Of a DNA stretch of 64,000 bases, positions 49,300-59,692 are shown piece after piece. A program made the position numbers and the translations under genes. The DNA lies in NCBI GenBank assembly GCA_041615815.1, contig JBFJCP010000001.1:1-64000 (forward strand). Direction: 5' to 3'. Origin of the DNA: Gemmatimonadales bacterium. GTDB taxonomy: Bacteria; Gemmatimonadota; Gemmatimonadetes; Gemmatimonadales; GWC2-71-9. The notes below the pieces were generated by a model, which made no database searches, was not told the origin of the DNA, and was given only the letters and a program-made list of their open reading frames with translations. Position 1 is the stretch's first letter. Each line of letters starts with the position of its first letter.

Positions 49300-50732
49300 C
49301 TGGACTCCTCTGGCTCCTCGCGGGATTCCTCGGTGGCACCGGGACGACGCTCGCCGTGCGACGTTGGAAGTCACGTAGTGGGCGGATCACGCCGCCCCGT
49401 GAGTTTCCTGCCCATGCACCTCATGTGATCGACCTGCTGCGCCGCGCGCACGACGGGGCCGTCGCCTGCATTGTGCGCGCCGAAGCCGACCCGTTGGTGG
49501 CAAGACGAGAGGAACGCGCGGAGCCAGCGGTCGTCGAGCGGGTCGTGGCGGCGGCGAAGCTGGCGCTTGGCGATGGACGTGAGCACGTGCTTCGCAATGG
49601 GGACGTGGTCGTGGCGGTGGGCGACGGGGATTTGGGGGGCGCGCTCGGTTTCCCGAGCGCGGACGTGCATGCGGACCGCCTGCGGGCCGTGGGACGCGAA
49701 CTGCGACAACTGCTTGGCGAGCTCCGAGTCGGTAGGGCGGAACCCGGGGGCCTGCGAAGCGCGAATCGCCAAGTCTCGGATTGGTTGGCGGTGGCCCCCC
49801 ACACCGTGGCCGGCGTGGCGCACGCGCTGTGCGAAGCGGTGCAGGCCACCACCGGGCGCACGGCGGCCGTGGCGTTGCGAGATCAACTCACGCAAACCAC
49901 GATGGTCACAGCCGTGTCGCACGGGGGCGATCGGATGCTCTTTGGGCTCGCCGCCACCGCCGACTCGGCGGCGGGGCGCGCCTGTGCCGGGGATATCCCG
50001 GTGGTCGGCCCGACGTTACAGGACCTGTTCGGTCAGCGCCGGACCGATCGCCGAATGCGTCAAATGGGCGGCACGGCATTCCCGTTGCGTGACGGTCGCG
50101 AGGCGGTGGGGGCACTCGTGGTCTTCGGGATTGGGGCTGAGGGTCTCGATGCGGCCGTGATGGAGCGGCTCATGTGGCTCACCGTCGATGCCGGCCCTCG
50201 GCTCGCCAGCGCGCTGGCCGTCCGGGCCGCGGAGACCAAGGCGTTGACGGACGCGCTCACGGGCTTGCCCAATCGGCGAGCGTTGGACCACGCCATGGCC
50301 AAATGGGCCGGTGGCTCCGGCGCCTTACTGTGCGTCGACATCGATCATTTCAAGCAGTTCAACGATGGATACGGGCACGTCGCCGGGGACGCAGCCCTGA
50401 AACATGTGGCCCAGGTGTTCCGGCGCACCCTGCGGGAGCACGATCTTGCGGCCCGCGTCGGGGGCGAAGAGTTCGCGCTTTGGTTGCCCGACACTCCGCT
50501 CCACCGGGCCCTGGAGGTGGCCGAACGCGTGCGTCAACACGTGGCATCCGCGGCGCTGCACTGGAACGGCACGGACCTCAAAATCACGTGTTCGGTGGGT
50601 GTGGCGGCGATGCCGGACAGCGTGGCCCGACTCGAGAACCTCTACGGCGCGGCGGACGCAGCCCTCTATCAGGCGAAGCGAGGGGGACGAAACCGGGTCC
50701 AGGCGTCGCTCCGTCGCGGTGGTGCCAGTTGA
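49296..50732 (+). CDS. Membrane-anchored diguanylate cyclase
   Basis: N-terminal hydrophobic helix; DALTGLPNRR, DIDHFKQFNDGYGH, RxxD I-site (REHD), GGEEF. Confidence 0.93.
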   Translation: MTGLLWLLAGFLGGTGTTLAVRRWKSRSGRITPPREFPAHAPHVIDLLRRAHDGAVACIVRAEADPLVARREERAEPAVVERVVAAAKLALGDGREHVLRNGDVVVAVGDGDLGGALGFPSADVHADRLRAVGRELRQLLGELRVGRAEPGGLRSANRQVSDWLAVAPHTVAGVAHALCEAVQATTGRTAAVALRDQLTQTTMVTAVSHGGDRMLFGLAATADSAAGRACAGDIPVVGPTLQDLFGQRRTDRRMRQMGGTAFPLRDGREAVGALVVFGIGAEGLDAAVMERLMWLTVDAGPRLASALAVRAAETKALTDALTGLPNRRALDHAMAKWAGGSGALLCVDIDHFKQFNDGYGHVAGDAALKHVAQVFRRTLREHDLAARVGGEEFALWLPDTPLHRALEVAERVRQHVASAALHWNGTDLKITCSVGVAAMPDSVARLENLYGAADAALYQAKRGGRNRVQASLRRGGAS

Positions 50733-50758
50733 CCGCCGAACGGGGTGGTCTCTATCTT
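50729..50758 (+). promoter_or_regulatory. Promoter of ssrA
   Basis: TTGACC-18 nt-TATCTT, 20 nt upstream of the mature 5' end. Confidence 0.6.
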
Positions 50759-50778
50759 TCGGAGTGCCATATTGGATA

Positions 50779-51133
50779 GGGGGCGATTGGCTTCGACGGG
50801 TCTTGTGAGGATCCCGCAGCGTGCCCAGGTTCCCGGTTCCCTGGTGAAACCACTGGGAAAAACACACAACTGCCAACACTGAATTGGCTCTGGCTGCGTA
50901 AGCTTCGCGCTGCGCACCTGTTCGCGTGACTGCTCGCCCGAAGCGGGCCGCGGACATCGATAAGTCGGGCTAACGGACGGTGTCGCTTCCGCGCCGAACG
51001 TGAGCTGTCAGGAAGCTCATCCATCAGTTGGGCGGCTTCGCCCCTGCTGCTGGAGACATCAATGCGAAGCCTACGCACGTAGACGCGGTTTTGGATCGAG
51101 GTTCGGACCGGGGTTCGATTCCCCGCGCCTCCA
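50779..51133 (+). ncRNA. ssrA: tmRNA
   Basis: 5' GGGGGCG..TTCGAC pairs with 3' CGCCTCC-A; T-loop GGTTCGATTCC; tag frame 50872-50901 encodes ANTELALAA*. Confidence 0.96.
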
Positions 51134-51139
51134 TCATGG

Positions 51140-51173
51140 GACCCGGGCGTTCACCACCCGGGTCTCAGTTTTT
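51140..51173 (+). terminator. Terminator downstream of tmRNA
   Basis: GACCCGGG/CCCGGGTC stem followed by TCAGTTTTT. Confidence 0.65.
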
Positions 51174-52013
51174 AAGGACCGGACGCCGCGTCCACACGAG
51201 GATGACGCCGCAACGGGCGTAGAGGCCACCAAACTCCGGAGGCACCTCGGTAGCACGGCGGTAGATCTCAATGCCCTCGATGTCGGTGGGTCCGACCTGA
51301 TCCAACACTTCGTCAGCCCGCCCAAACTTGATGCCATCCACATACAGAAGCGGCGAACACCGCAGGGGCGAGTCGCCGACGATCTGGTGCGCGCCGTCCT
51401 CACCAAGGCTGAGAGGCCCGACGTTCACCCGTGCGAGCTCGGTCCCAAACCGCACGGTGCTCTCGATATCGCTCCGACGGATCACACGCACGTCCGGAAG
51501 CCCGTGGAGCAGATCGCTGATCCGCCGCGCCCCCCGCTTCTGAATCTCGTCTCGCGTGAAGAAGATGCCCCACCCCCGGTCCAGCCGCTCATAGAACCCG
51601 GACAAGACCCCCGCCGGCGCCCCGGCCTCGCCCGCAATGGTCACGGCGGGGAGGGTGTAGATGCGTCGGGGAACATGGAGGTCCAGCTGGAGCGTCTGTC
51701 CGCGGGGCAGGGGAAACGGATCGGAGAGGAAGGGTCCGTACCCACCAGACTGGACCTGGAGCGTGTAAATACCCGCCACGGGCGCCAGCAGGGCGTAGGC
51801 GCCCGTGGAGTCGCTTACCCCCGCCCGGCTCACGGTGCCTGCCGTGTCGACCAGGAGCACGAACACGCCGGCCACGGGGGCCATGGGGGTGCCAGAGACC
51901 ACGAAACCCCGGACCGCCTGGGCCGGCAGCGGAGCCGGGAGCACGGCCAAGGCGACGACCAGAAGCGCTGGGGCCGTGCGCAGAAGTCCGGCGGGAAGAC
52001 GTCTCAAGTGCAT
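51165..52013 (-). CDS. Secreted carboxypeptidase-regulatory-like domain + TonB plug-like domain protein
   Basis: Signal peptide; SDSTGAY; GFYER..RGWG.FFTRDEI; CSPLLYVDG; IEGIEIYR; CGVILVWTR. Confidence 0.8.
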   Translation of the reverse strand: MHLRRLPAGLLRTAPALLVVALAVLPAPLPAQAVRGFVVSGTPMAPVAGVFVLLVDTAGTVSRAGVSDSTGAYALLAPVAGIYTLQVQSGGYGPFLSDPFPLPRGQTLQLDLHVPRRIYTLPAVTIAGEAGAPAGVLSGFYERLDRGWGIFFTRDEIQKRGARRISDLLHGLPDVRVIRRSDIESTVRFGTELARVNVGPLSLGEDGAHQIVGDSPLRCSPLLYVDGIKFGRADEVLDQVGPTDIEGIEIYRRATEVPPEFGGLYARCGVILVWTRRPVLKN

Positions 52014-52415
52014 AATCGGGTCGCCACGGACGAGTAGGAGCGGGGATGGCACTCGCCGGCGGACGCATAGGAATATAGGACGAGATACCGAGTGAAGCCC
52101 TCTTTTGTTTCTCGGTCGTGGCCGGCGGTCAGGGCAGCTGCAAGAATGGCCACGGAACCGATGCGCGCCTTCCAGAGAACCTCGGCTTCGCCAGCCCCGC
52201 TCGGTTAGCTGCCTTTCAACATGCAGTGTGGAGAAAGGTGCAGTCTGTAATACGTTTTCTTTGCGTTACTTGGAAGATCCACTTCAAGCGGTGCCTGAGA
52301 TCGGGGGGAAAACCGAGGCCAGGTGTGCGGGGTGCGCTCGCGACTCTGCTGGAATGCGTTCCGTCTGTCCCGATGGCAGGTGCCTGGGCGTTGCGGTTCG
52401 CGACGGGACGGTACC

Positions 52416-55067
52416 TTAGCCGTGGTCGTCCTCGCCTCTCGATTCCTCCTCGAGCGCCACATGGGCGGCGGCTAAGCGGGCGATGGGCACCCGAAAGGGC
52501 GAGCTCGATACGTAGTTGAGGTCCGCGTGGTGGCAGAACGCAACGGACCTGGGATCACCGCCGTGCTCCCCACAGATCCCGATTTTGAGATTTGGGCGTC
52601 GCTCCCGTCCCAGCCTGACCGCCATTTGGACCAGTTTCCCGACGCCGGCGTCCAGCGTCTGGAATGGGTCGTCGGTCAGGATCCCCGATTCGATATAGAA
52701 ATGCAGAAACCGCCCGGCATCGTCCCGGGACAGGCCGAACGTGGTCTGGGTGAGGTCATTGGTCCCAAAGGAGAAGAACTCGGCGACCTCTGCGATCTCG
52801 TCCGCCGTCACGGCTGCCCGTGGGAGTTCGATCATCGTCCCGACGAGGTAGGTCACTTCCTGCCCGGTCTGCTCGAACACGCGCGCCGCGGTCTGCCTAA
52901 CCAATTGCTCCTGACGGCGTAACTCCTCCACGTGGGCCACGAGGGGCACCATGATCTCCGGATAGACCTCCACACCATCGCTCATCACGCGACATGCAGC
53001 CTCAAAAATGGCCTGCGCCTGCATCTCGGTGATCTCGGGGTACGTGATTCCCAGGCGACAGCCTCGGTGCCCCAGCATGGGATTGGCTTCCGTGAGCGTC
53101 TCGATCGTTCGGCGCACGCGCTGGGGATCGACGCCCAGATCGTCGGCGACGCTGGCAATCTCGTCGGCCTCCTTGGGGAGAAACTCGTGCAGCGGAGGAT
53201 CGAGGAGCCGTATAGTCACCGGAAACCCCGCCATTGCCCGGAAGATGCCGATGAAGTCCTCTCGCTGCATCGGCAGCAGGGCATCGAGGGCGCGGCGACG
53301 GCCCGCCACATCGGTCGCGAGGATCATCTCGCGCATCTTGGTGATGCGATCGCCCTCGAAGAACATGTGCTCGGTCCGACAGAGCCCGATTCCCTCCGCC
53401 CCCAGCTCGCGGGCGCGCATCGCGTCCGCCGGCGTATCCGCGTTCGCTCGGACCCGGAGCCGCCGATTCTCATCCGCCCACTCCATGAGGCGCGTCAGGT
53501 GTTCGGTGGGACGGGGTTCGACGAGGTCCGCTGTTCCGACGAAGACGGAGCCCGAGGATCCGTCTACGGTGATCCAGTCGCCCTCCCGGACCACGCGGCT
53601 GTCGACGTGGAACTCGCCACTTCCTTCGTCTACCACGATATCCTTGGCACCCACCACGCAGCACTTTCCCATCCCCCGCGCCACCACCGCCGCATGGCTC
53701 GTCATCCCACCGCGGGCTGTGAGGATGGCCTGGGAGGCCACCATGCCGTGGAAATCGTCCGGACTGGTCTCTCGGCGCACGAGAATCACATCCTGCCCAC
53801 CGCTGCCGAGTTCCGCCGCCCGATCTGCGTCGAACACGACCTGACCGACGGCCGCGCCCGGGGACGCCGGAAGACCTCGCGTCAACTCTGCTAGGTCGGC
53901 CTTGGGATCGACCCTGGGATGTAGGAGTTGGTCCAACTGCTCCGGGTCGACGCGCCGCACGGCGACGCGCTGATCGATCAGACCTTCGTCGACCATCTCT
54001 ACCGCGATCCGCACCGCGGCCTGCGCCGTCCGTTTCCCCGTGCGCGTCTGCAGGATGTAGAGTTTGCCACGCTCCACGGTGAATTCGACGTCCTGCATGT
54101 CGCGATAGTGTTGCTCGAGAGTCCGGCAAATCTTCGCGAAGTCCCGGAATGCCGCCGGCAAGCGATCTGCCATTTCCGCAATGGGGAGGGGATCCCGAAT
54201 CCCGGCGACGACGTCTTCGCCCTGGGCATTCACGAGAAACTCGCCGAAGAGGATCGGTTCACCCGTCGCCGGATCTCTGGTGAACGCCACGCCCGTTCCC
54301 GAGTCATCTCCCTGGTTTCCGTAGACCATGGCCACCACGTTCACCGCGGTTCCCAGTGTGTCAGGAATGCGATGGACGCGGCGATAGTCGACAGCGCGTT
54401 TGGCGTACCAGCTCTGGAAGACGGCTTCGATGGCGCCCCACAATTGGTCCCACGGGCTCTCCGGGAATGCGGCTCCCACATGGCGTTGGAAGATCTCCTG
54501 ATACGTCGCCACCAGAGATCTGAGATCTTCGGCGTCGAGCTCGATATCTCCAGCCCGCCCCTGCGCGCGCTTCAGTTCGTCCAGCGCATCCTCAAACGGG
54601 CTGTGCCCATTCTGGTTCTTGATGCCGTGAACGACCTCACCGTACATCTGCACGAGCCGGCGATAGGAATCGAACGCGAACCGCTGGTTGTGCGCTTGTG
54701 TGGCCAATCCGACGGCCGTGCGCTCATTGAGGCCCAGATTCAGGATCGTGTCCATCATTCCCGGCATGGAGAACTTGCTACCGGAGCGCACCGAGACGAG
54801 GAGCGGATTCTCGGGATCCCCAAACCCTCGTCCGGTGGTTTGCTCGAGACGCCGCACGGCAGTTTGCACTTCTTCCCGGAGCGTATCGGGAATCGCGCGC
54901 TGCGCGAGGTACGTGATGCATTGATGGGTCGAGATGGTGAAGCCGGGAGGGACCGGAATCCCAATGTTCGTCATTTCGGCCAGGTTGGCACCCTTGCCAC
55001 CGAGAATGTCCCGCATGCCCGCGTTGCCGTCCGCCTCTCCGTCCCCGAACCAATACACGTCAGGCAT
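52416..55067 (-). CDS. ppdK: Pyruvate, phosphate dikinase
   Basis: LGGKGANLAEM, SMPGMMDT, GGMTSHAAVVARG, GLCRTEHMF, SFGTNDL. Confidence 0.98.
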   Translation of the reverse strand: MPDVYWFGDGEADGNAGMRDILGGKGANLAEMTNIGIPVPPGFTISTHQCITYLAQRAIPDTLREEVQTAVRRLEQTTGRGFGDPENPLLVSVRSGSKFSMPGMMDTILNLGLNERTAVGLATQAHNQRFAFDSYRRLVQMYGEVVHGIKNQNGHSPFEDALDELKRAQGRAGDIELDAEDLRSLVATYQEIFQRHVGAAFPESPWDQLWGAIEAVFQSWYAKRAVDYRRVHRIPDTLGTAVNVVAMVYGNQGDDSGTGVAFTRDPATGEPILFGEFLVNAQGEDVVAGIRDPLPIAEMADRLPAAFRDFAKICRTLEQHYRDMQDVEFTVERGKLYILQTRTGKRTAQAAVRIAVEMVDEGLIDQRVAVRRVDPEQLDQLLHPRVDPKADLAELTRGLPASPGAAVGQVVFDADRAAELGSGGQDVILVRRETSPDDFHGMVASQAILTARGGMTSHAAVVARGMGKCCVVGAKDIVVDEGSGEFHVDSRVVREGDWITVDGSSGSVFVGTADLVEPRPTEHLTRLMEWADENRRLRVRANADTPADAMRARELGAEGIGLCRTEHMFFEGDRITKMREMILATDVAGRRRALDALLPMQREDFIGIFRAMAGFPVTIRLLDPPLHEFLPKEADEIASVADDLGVDPQRVRRTIETLTEANPMLGHRGCRLGITYPEITEMQAQAIFEAACRVMSDGVEVYPEIMVPLVAHVEELRRQEQLVRQTAARVFEQTGQEVTYLVGTMIELPRAAVTADEIAEVAEFFSFGTNDLTQTTFGLSRDDAGRFLHFYIESGILTDDPFQTLDAGVGKLVQMAVRLGRERRPNLKIGICGEHGGDPRSVAFCHHADLNYVSSSPFRVPIARLAAAHVALEEESRGEDDHG

Positions 55068-55073
55068 GATCCC

Positions 55074-56474
55074 TCACTCCGCGATTACCGGAAGCACCGG
55101 CACGCCGGCGACGGCGTCGTCGGCGAAATCGTCCACCGTGGTCGGATAGGCCCCGGAGAAGCATGCGTGGCAAAAACGGTCTGGCTCGCCGCCGACCGCA
55201 TCCAGCGTCCCTTCAAGAGATAGATATCCCAAGGAGTCGACCGCGAGGTGCTGGCGAATCTCTTCGACCGAATGGGTAGCGGCGATCAGTTCGTTGCGCG
55301 TCGGCGTATCGATGCCATAGTAGCATGGGCCGGTGATGGGGGGTGAGGCTACTCGGAGATGCACCTCTCGGGCTCCCGCGTGGCGAATCAGTTGAATGAG
55401 TCCACGCGACGTGGTTCCGCGCACCAGGGAATCGTCCACGATCACGACTCGCTTCCCCTCGATGATGCCGCGGACTGGATTGAATTTGATCCGGACCTTC
55501 TCTGTTCGGTTGTGCTGCCCCGGATTGATGAATGTGCGACCCACGTAGTGGCTGCGGATCAGGCCGTGCTCCAACTTGATGCCGCCTTCCTCGGCATATC
55601 CCAGCGCCATCGCATTGGCGGAGTCGGGCACGGAGAACGCGCAGTCGGCACCCGGGGTGGGGTGTTCACGGGCGAGCTGCCGACCGAGAGCACGGCGCAC
55701 GCGGTCCACGGACCTGCCGAACACGATACTGTCGGGCCGTGAAAAGTAGATCAATTCGAAGACGCAGCGGCGATGCGGCTTGTGGGGCAGCGCAGGGAGA
55801 TCCACGACCTGACCATCCACGATCTTGAGCCACTCTCCTGGGCCAAGCTCGCGTACGGGGCGTGCCCGCAGGAGATCGAGCGCACAGGTCTCGGACGCGA
55901 GCATCCAGGCATCGTCGGTTCGTCCAAGGACCAGCGGGCGAAAGCCGCGGGGATCGACGATGGCGTACAGCGTGCGGCCCACGGTCATGAGCAACGAGTA
56001 CGCTCCCTCCACCCGCTCGAGCGCATCGAGAATCTGGTCTTCCGGCTCGCGCGCCTCCGAGCGCGCGATCAAGTGTATCAATACCTCCGAATCGGACGAC
56101 GACTGGAAGATCGATCCCTTGCGAACTAGGTCTTCCCGGAGTTGCCGGGCGTTCGTCAGGTTCCCATTGTGGGCCAGGCTGAGGGGGCCACCGTGATAGT
56201 TGACAACCACCGGCTGCACGTTGGCCGGTGAGGAGTCACCGGTCGTGGAATACCGAGTATGACCGATGGCCAGGCGGCCGGGCAGCGTGCGGAGACGAGC
56301 AGGAGGAAACACATCTTGGACGAGACCCATGCCGCGGACTGTGTGCGCCGTTCCGGCGTCGTCGACGCTGACGATGCCCGCCGACTCTTGTCCACGGTGC
56401 TGGAGCGCGTACAGCCCCTGGTAGGTGAGCTGGGCCGCCCCCGGCGCTCCCGTAATCCCAAAGATTCCGCACAT
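55074..56474 (-). CDS. purF: Amidophosphoribosyltransferase
   Basis: MCGIFG, LQHRGQESAG, GHTRYST, HNGNL, VDDSLVRGTT. Confidence 0.98.
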   Translation of the reverse strand: MCGIFGITGAPGAAQLTYQGLYALQHRGQESAGIVSVDDAGTAHTVRGMGLVQDVFPPARLRTLPGRLAIGHTRYSTTGDSSPANVQPVVVNYHGGPLSLAHNGNLTNARQLREDLVRKGSIFQSSSDSEVLIHLIARSEAREPEDQILDALERVEGAYSLLMTVGRTLYAIVDPRGFRPLVLGRTDDAWMLASETCALDLLRARPVRELGPGEWLKIVDGQVVDLPALPHKPHRRCVFELIYFSRPDSIVFGRSVDRVRRALGRQLAREHPTPGADCAFSVPDSANAMALGYAEEGGIKLEHGLIRSHYVGRTFINPGQHNRTEKVRIKFNPVRGIIEGKRVVIVDDSLVRGTTSRGLIQLIRHAGAREVHLRVASPPITGPCYYGIDTPTRNELIAATHSVEEIRQHLAVDSLGYLSLEGTLDAVGGEPDRFCHACFSGAYPTTVDDFADDAVAGVPVLPVIAE

Positions 56475-56475
56475 G

Positions 56476-58794
56476 TCAGTTGGTGGTCTGGTGCTGGCCG
56501 TGGACCGCCATCCGGCGGGGGATCGCGTTCAGATAGCAGTCCCGAAGCTCCGACGTTGCCCACCGCAATATCGTGCTGCGCGTGCGAATCTCCAAGCTGG
56601 TGCCGGACCTCGTGACGGACCCCAGCGTGAGGGCCGGCACCCCGTGCTCGTGCGCCGCGGCCAGCACGCGCTTGACTCGCTCCGGGTCGACACTCAGTAA
56701 CGCCCGACCGTGGTCCTCACCGAAGAGGAGCTGGGGATCCGACATGCCGGCGCCAACAGGTGCGAGATCCAATGACGCGCCAAACGCGTGCCCCTGATAG
56801 GGGGAACCGATGCATGCCTCGGCCAGCGCGAGCACGAGGCCGCCGTCGCTCAGGTCATGCGCACTTCGCGCAAGGTCGAGATCTGCCAGCCGCACGAGAA
56901 GGTCAACCAGGCGTTTCTCGGCCTCGAGGTTCACCGGTGGGGGAGAACCAGCCACGGTATCCAACAGGTATTCCCAGTAGGCAGATCCACCCAAATGGCC
57001 CCGCGTCTCGCCCAGCAGGACGACCACGTCGCCGGCCTGACTGAAGAAGGCGGGTCGCGCCGCCGCCACGTTCGCTAGGAGTCCAACCATGCCGATGACC
57101 GGCGTGGGGTCTACGGCGCCCGCAGGGCTTTCATTATAAAAGGAGACGTTGCCACCGGTGACCGGGGTGCCGAGCGCCCGACACGCATCCCCGATGCCGC
57201 GACAAGCCTGCTGGAACTGAAAGAAGACGCCGGGCTTCTCGGGATTGCCAAAGTTGAGGCAGTTAGTGATCCCCAGCGGCCGGGCCCCAGTCACGGCCAC
57301 GTTTCGTGCGCACTCAGCAACTGCGGCCTTCCCCCCTTCATAGGGATCGAGGAGGACGTAACGATTATTCCCGTCGGTTGCGACGGCGATGCCAAGTGAC
57401 GTCTCTGGGATGCCGATCACGGCAGCATCGCCCCCGGGCCCGAGGACGGTAGAAGCCTGGACGGTGGAATCGTACTGCTCGAACACCCAGCGCTTGCTAG
57501 CGAGGTTCGGCTCGTCGAGCAGCCGGAGAAGCGCCTCATGCGGTCCCGGCGCGGTGCCGGAGGGGCTGGCGGCGCGGCGCCGCCCCGCGTCGGGAGACTC
57601 GTGAGCGTCGGGGTCGTAGACCGGGCAGTCATCGGTGAGACGCGCGCCCGGGATCTCCGCAACGATGCGTTCGCCGTGCCGCACGCGGTACATCCCGTCG
57701 TCCGTCACCTCACCGATGGGGGTGGCCTCCAACTCCCAAATGGCAGCAATGGCCTGGATCTCCGGAATACGATCCCGACGGGCTACCACCAGCATGCGTT
57801 CCTGTGACTCCGACAACAACATTTCGTACGGTGTCATGTCCGGCTCGCGGGTGGGCAGAGGCGCGAGATCGATTTCCACGCCCACACCCCCTCGCGCGGC
57901 CATTTCTGCCGAAGACGACGTGAGTCCGGCCGCACCCATATCCTGGATGGCCACGATGTGTCCCGAGGCGATCAACTCGAGGCTCGCCTCCAAGAGCAGC
58001 TTCTCGGTGAACGGATCGCCGACCTGGACTTGCGGACGCCGGGCCTCGCTCTCGGCTGTCAGTTCGCCCGACGCGAAGGAGGCCCCGTGGATGCCGTCTC
58101 GCCCTGTCCGCGCACCCACGGCGATGAGCGCGTTGCCCACACCGCTCGCCACTGCGCGAATGAGATCCTCCGCCCGCAGCACGCCGACACACATGGCATT
58201 GACCAGAGGATTACCGGAATAGGACTGGGCGAAGGCGACTTCCCCACCCAGGGTAGGCACGCCGACGCAGTTACCGTAGTCGCCGATGCCGCGCACGACA
58301 CCGCTCAGGAGGTATCGGTTACGGGCATCCTCGAGCGGGCCGAAGCGGAGACTGTTGAGCAACGCCACCGGCCGAGCGCCCATGGTGAAGACGTCGCGGA
58401 GAATGCCCCCGACTCCCGTGGCTGCACCCTGGTAGGGCTCGACCGCCGACGGGTGATTATGTGATTCGATCTTGAACGCGACTGCCCAGCCATCGCCCAG
58501 TCGGAGCACGCCGGCGTTCTCTCCCGGACCCTGTAGGACCTGCGCTCCCGACGTTGGGAATTGACCGAGCACACGTTTGGAATGCTTGTAGGAGCAGTGC
58601 TCACTCCACAGCGCTGAAAAGATGCCGAGTTCGGTGAACGTTGGTGCGCGTCCCAGCATCTTCTGAATGCGAGCGTATTCCTCGTCGGTCAGACCGTGTT
58701 CGCGGACGAGCTGAGGCGTGACGGGTGGGTCGCCGGGAAACGACTCGGCCCGCGTGGGGAGCGTCGCGCGGGCCCCGGGGGCGGGTTCAGTCAA
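56476..58794 (-). CDS. purL: FGAM synthase large subunit
   Basis: [40 protein letters not shown] start. Confidence 0.97.
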   Translation of the reverse strand: MTEPAPGARATLPTRAESFPGDPPVTPQLVREHGLTDEEYARIQKMLGRAPTFTELGIFSALWSEHCSYKHSKRVLGQFPTSGAQVLQGPGENAGVLRLGDGWAVAFKIESHNHPSAVEPYQGAATGVGGILRDVFTMGARPVALLNSLRFGPLEDARNRYLLSGVVRGIGDYGNCVGVPTLGGEVAFAQSYSGNPLVNAMCVGVLRAEDLIRAVASGVGNALIAVGARTGRDGIHGASFASGELTAESEARRPQVQVGDPFTEKLLLEASLELIASGHIVAIQDMGAAGLTSSSAEMAARGGVGVEIDLAPLPTREPDMTPYEMLLSESQERMLVVARRDRIPEIQAIAAIWELEATPIGEVTDDGMYRVRHGERIVAEIPGARLTDDCPVYDPDAHESPDAGRRRAASPSGTAPGPHEALLRLLDEPNLASKRWVFEQYDSTVQASTVLGPGGDAAVIGIPETSLGIAVATDGNNRYVLLDPYEGGKAAVAECARNVAVTGARPLGITNCLNFGNPEKPGVFFQFQQACRGIGDACRALGTPVTGGNVSFYNESPAGAVDPTPVIGMVGLLANVAAARPAFFSQAGDVVVLLGETRGHLGGSAYWEYLLDTVAGSPPPVNLEAEKRLVDLLVRLADLDLARSAHDLSDGGLVLALAEACIGSPYQGHAFGASLDLAPVGAGMSDPQLLFGEDHGRALLSVDPERVKRVLAAAHEHGVPALTLGSVTRSGTSLEIRTRSTILRWATSELRDCYLNAIPRRMAVHGQHQTTN

Positions 58795-59099
58795 GTGCTT
58801 CGCACACCTCGCATGATGGATCGGAAGAGACCAACGACTCCGGTGTCTTGCTTGATGACGCGCTCGGCCTCACCGGCGTCAAACCAGACGCCGTCGCATT
58901 CGGGACAGCGATCGACCTGTACGCCTTCGTAGTCTTGCGTCACGAGATCGGCCCCGCATTTGGGGCACTTCATGAAGTGCCTCTGGCGCTCCGCGTCGTT
59001 CTCCGCGCGAGCCAAGGCCTCGCGCCGCTTCTTGAGGAGCTCTGCTTCGCGCCTCGCAAAGTACTCTTCTTCGTTACGGCTCGGCTTGTCGGACATCAT
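58791..59099 (-). CDS. Zinc-ribbon (zf-TFIIB-like) protein
   Basis: CPKC...[13 protein letters not shown]-terminal charged helix EEEYFAR. Confidence 0.85.
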   Translation of the reverse strand: MMSDKPSRNEEEYFARREAELLKKRREALARAENDAERQRHFMKCPKCGADLVTQDYEGVQVDRCPECDGVWFDAGEAERVIKQDTGVVGLFRSIMRGVRST

Positions 59100-59692
59100 G
59101 TGGCTCCATTGGGCTGCTCGAACATGCCGGGGGCGGTAAACTCGGCCGGACGACCCCGCGGCGATGAAGAAACCCCAGAGTAGATGTGTCCCGGCGCGCG
59201 TACGATCGCGTCCACTACCTGCCCGTCCTGGAGAAAGACCACATCGAACGTTCCGCAGGTCGCCTCGCACCCATTCCGGAAGTAGAGATACGTCCAGCCG
59301 CCGGTGCTGCGCTCGGCCACGGGCGGTCCCCATTGCGCGATGACTTCTTCCGCAGTCATGCCAGGATTCACGGTCCCCGTGAACCTCGGGGTCCACGGTT
59401 CATCGGTACGGACTGGCTGTGCGGCGGTTGTGCGCGCGGGCTGCGTGGGCGGCGTCGTCGCCTGCCGTCGCGTGGGCGGCGTGGTTCGGGGTTGCGCTGT
59501 GCGCTGCTGCGCAGGTTGGGTTTGTGCGGGGGTGGCCGCCGGTTGAGGGGCGGCTGGTTGCGCCTGAGCGGGTGCCGCGGCCGTATCCGCAGCCGTCGTA
59601 TCGCCCCCGCCCCCACCAAAGAACGGCAGGCGGTCACAGGCGGTGAGTCCGGGTGTGAGCGCGATCGTGAGCGCCAGCGCGGGCCATTTCAT
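59096..59692 (-). CDS. Lipoprotein with low-complexity linker and SmpA/BamE-like domain
   Basis: Lipobox LTAC; Pro/Ala/Gln/Thr linker; PGMTAEEVIAQWGPP...WTY. Confidence 0.7.
   Translation of the reverse strand: MKWPALALTIALTPGLTACDRLPFFGGGGGDTTAADTAAAPAQAQPAAPQPAATPAQTQPAQQRTAQPRTTPPTRRQATTPPTQPARTTAAQPVRTDEPWTPRFTGTVNPGMTAEEVIAQWGPPVAERSTGGWTYLYFRNGCEATCGTFDVVFLQDGQVVDAIVRAPGHIYSGVSSSPRGRPAEFTAPGMFEQPNGAT

Noticed and set aside
52165..52305. Glycine-riboswitch-like words (CTCTGGA, CTCAGG) on the minus strand
   Set aside because: They occur in the wrong order and the central GCCGAAG motif is not in place.
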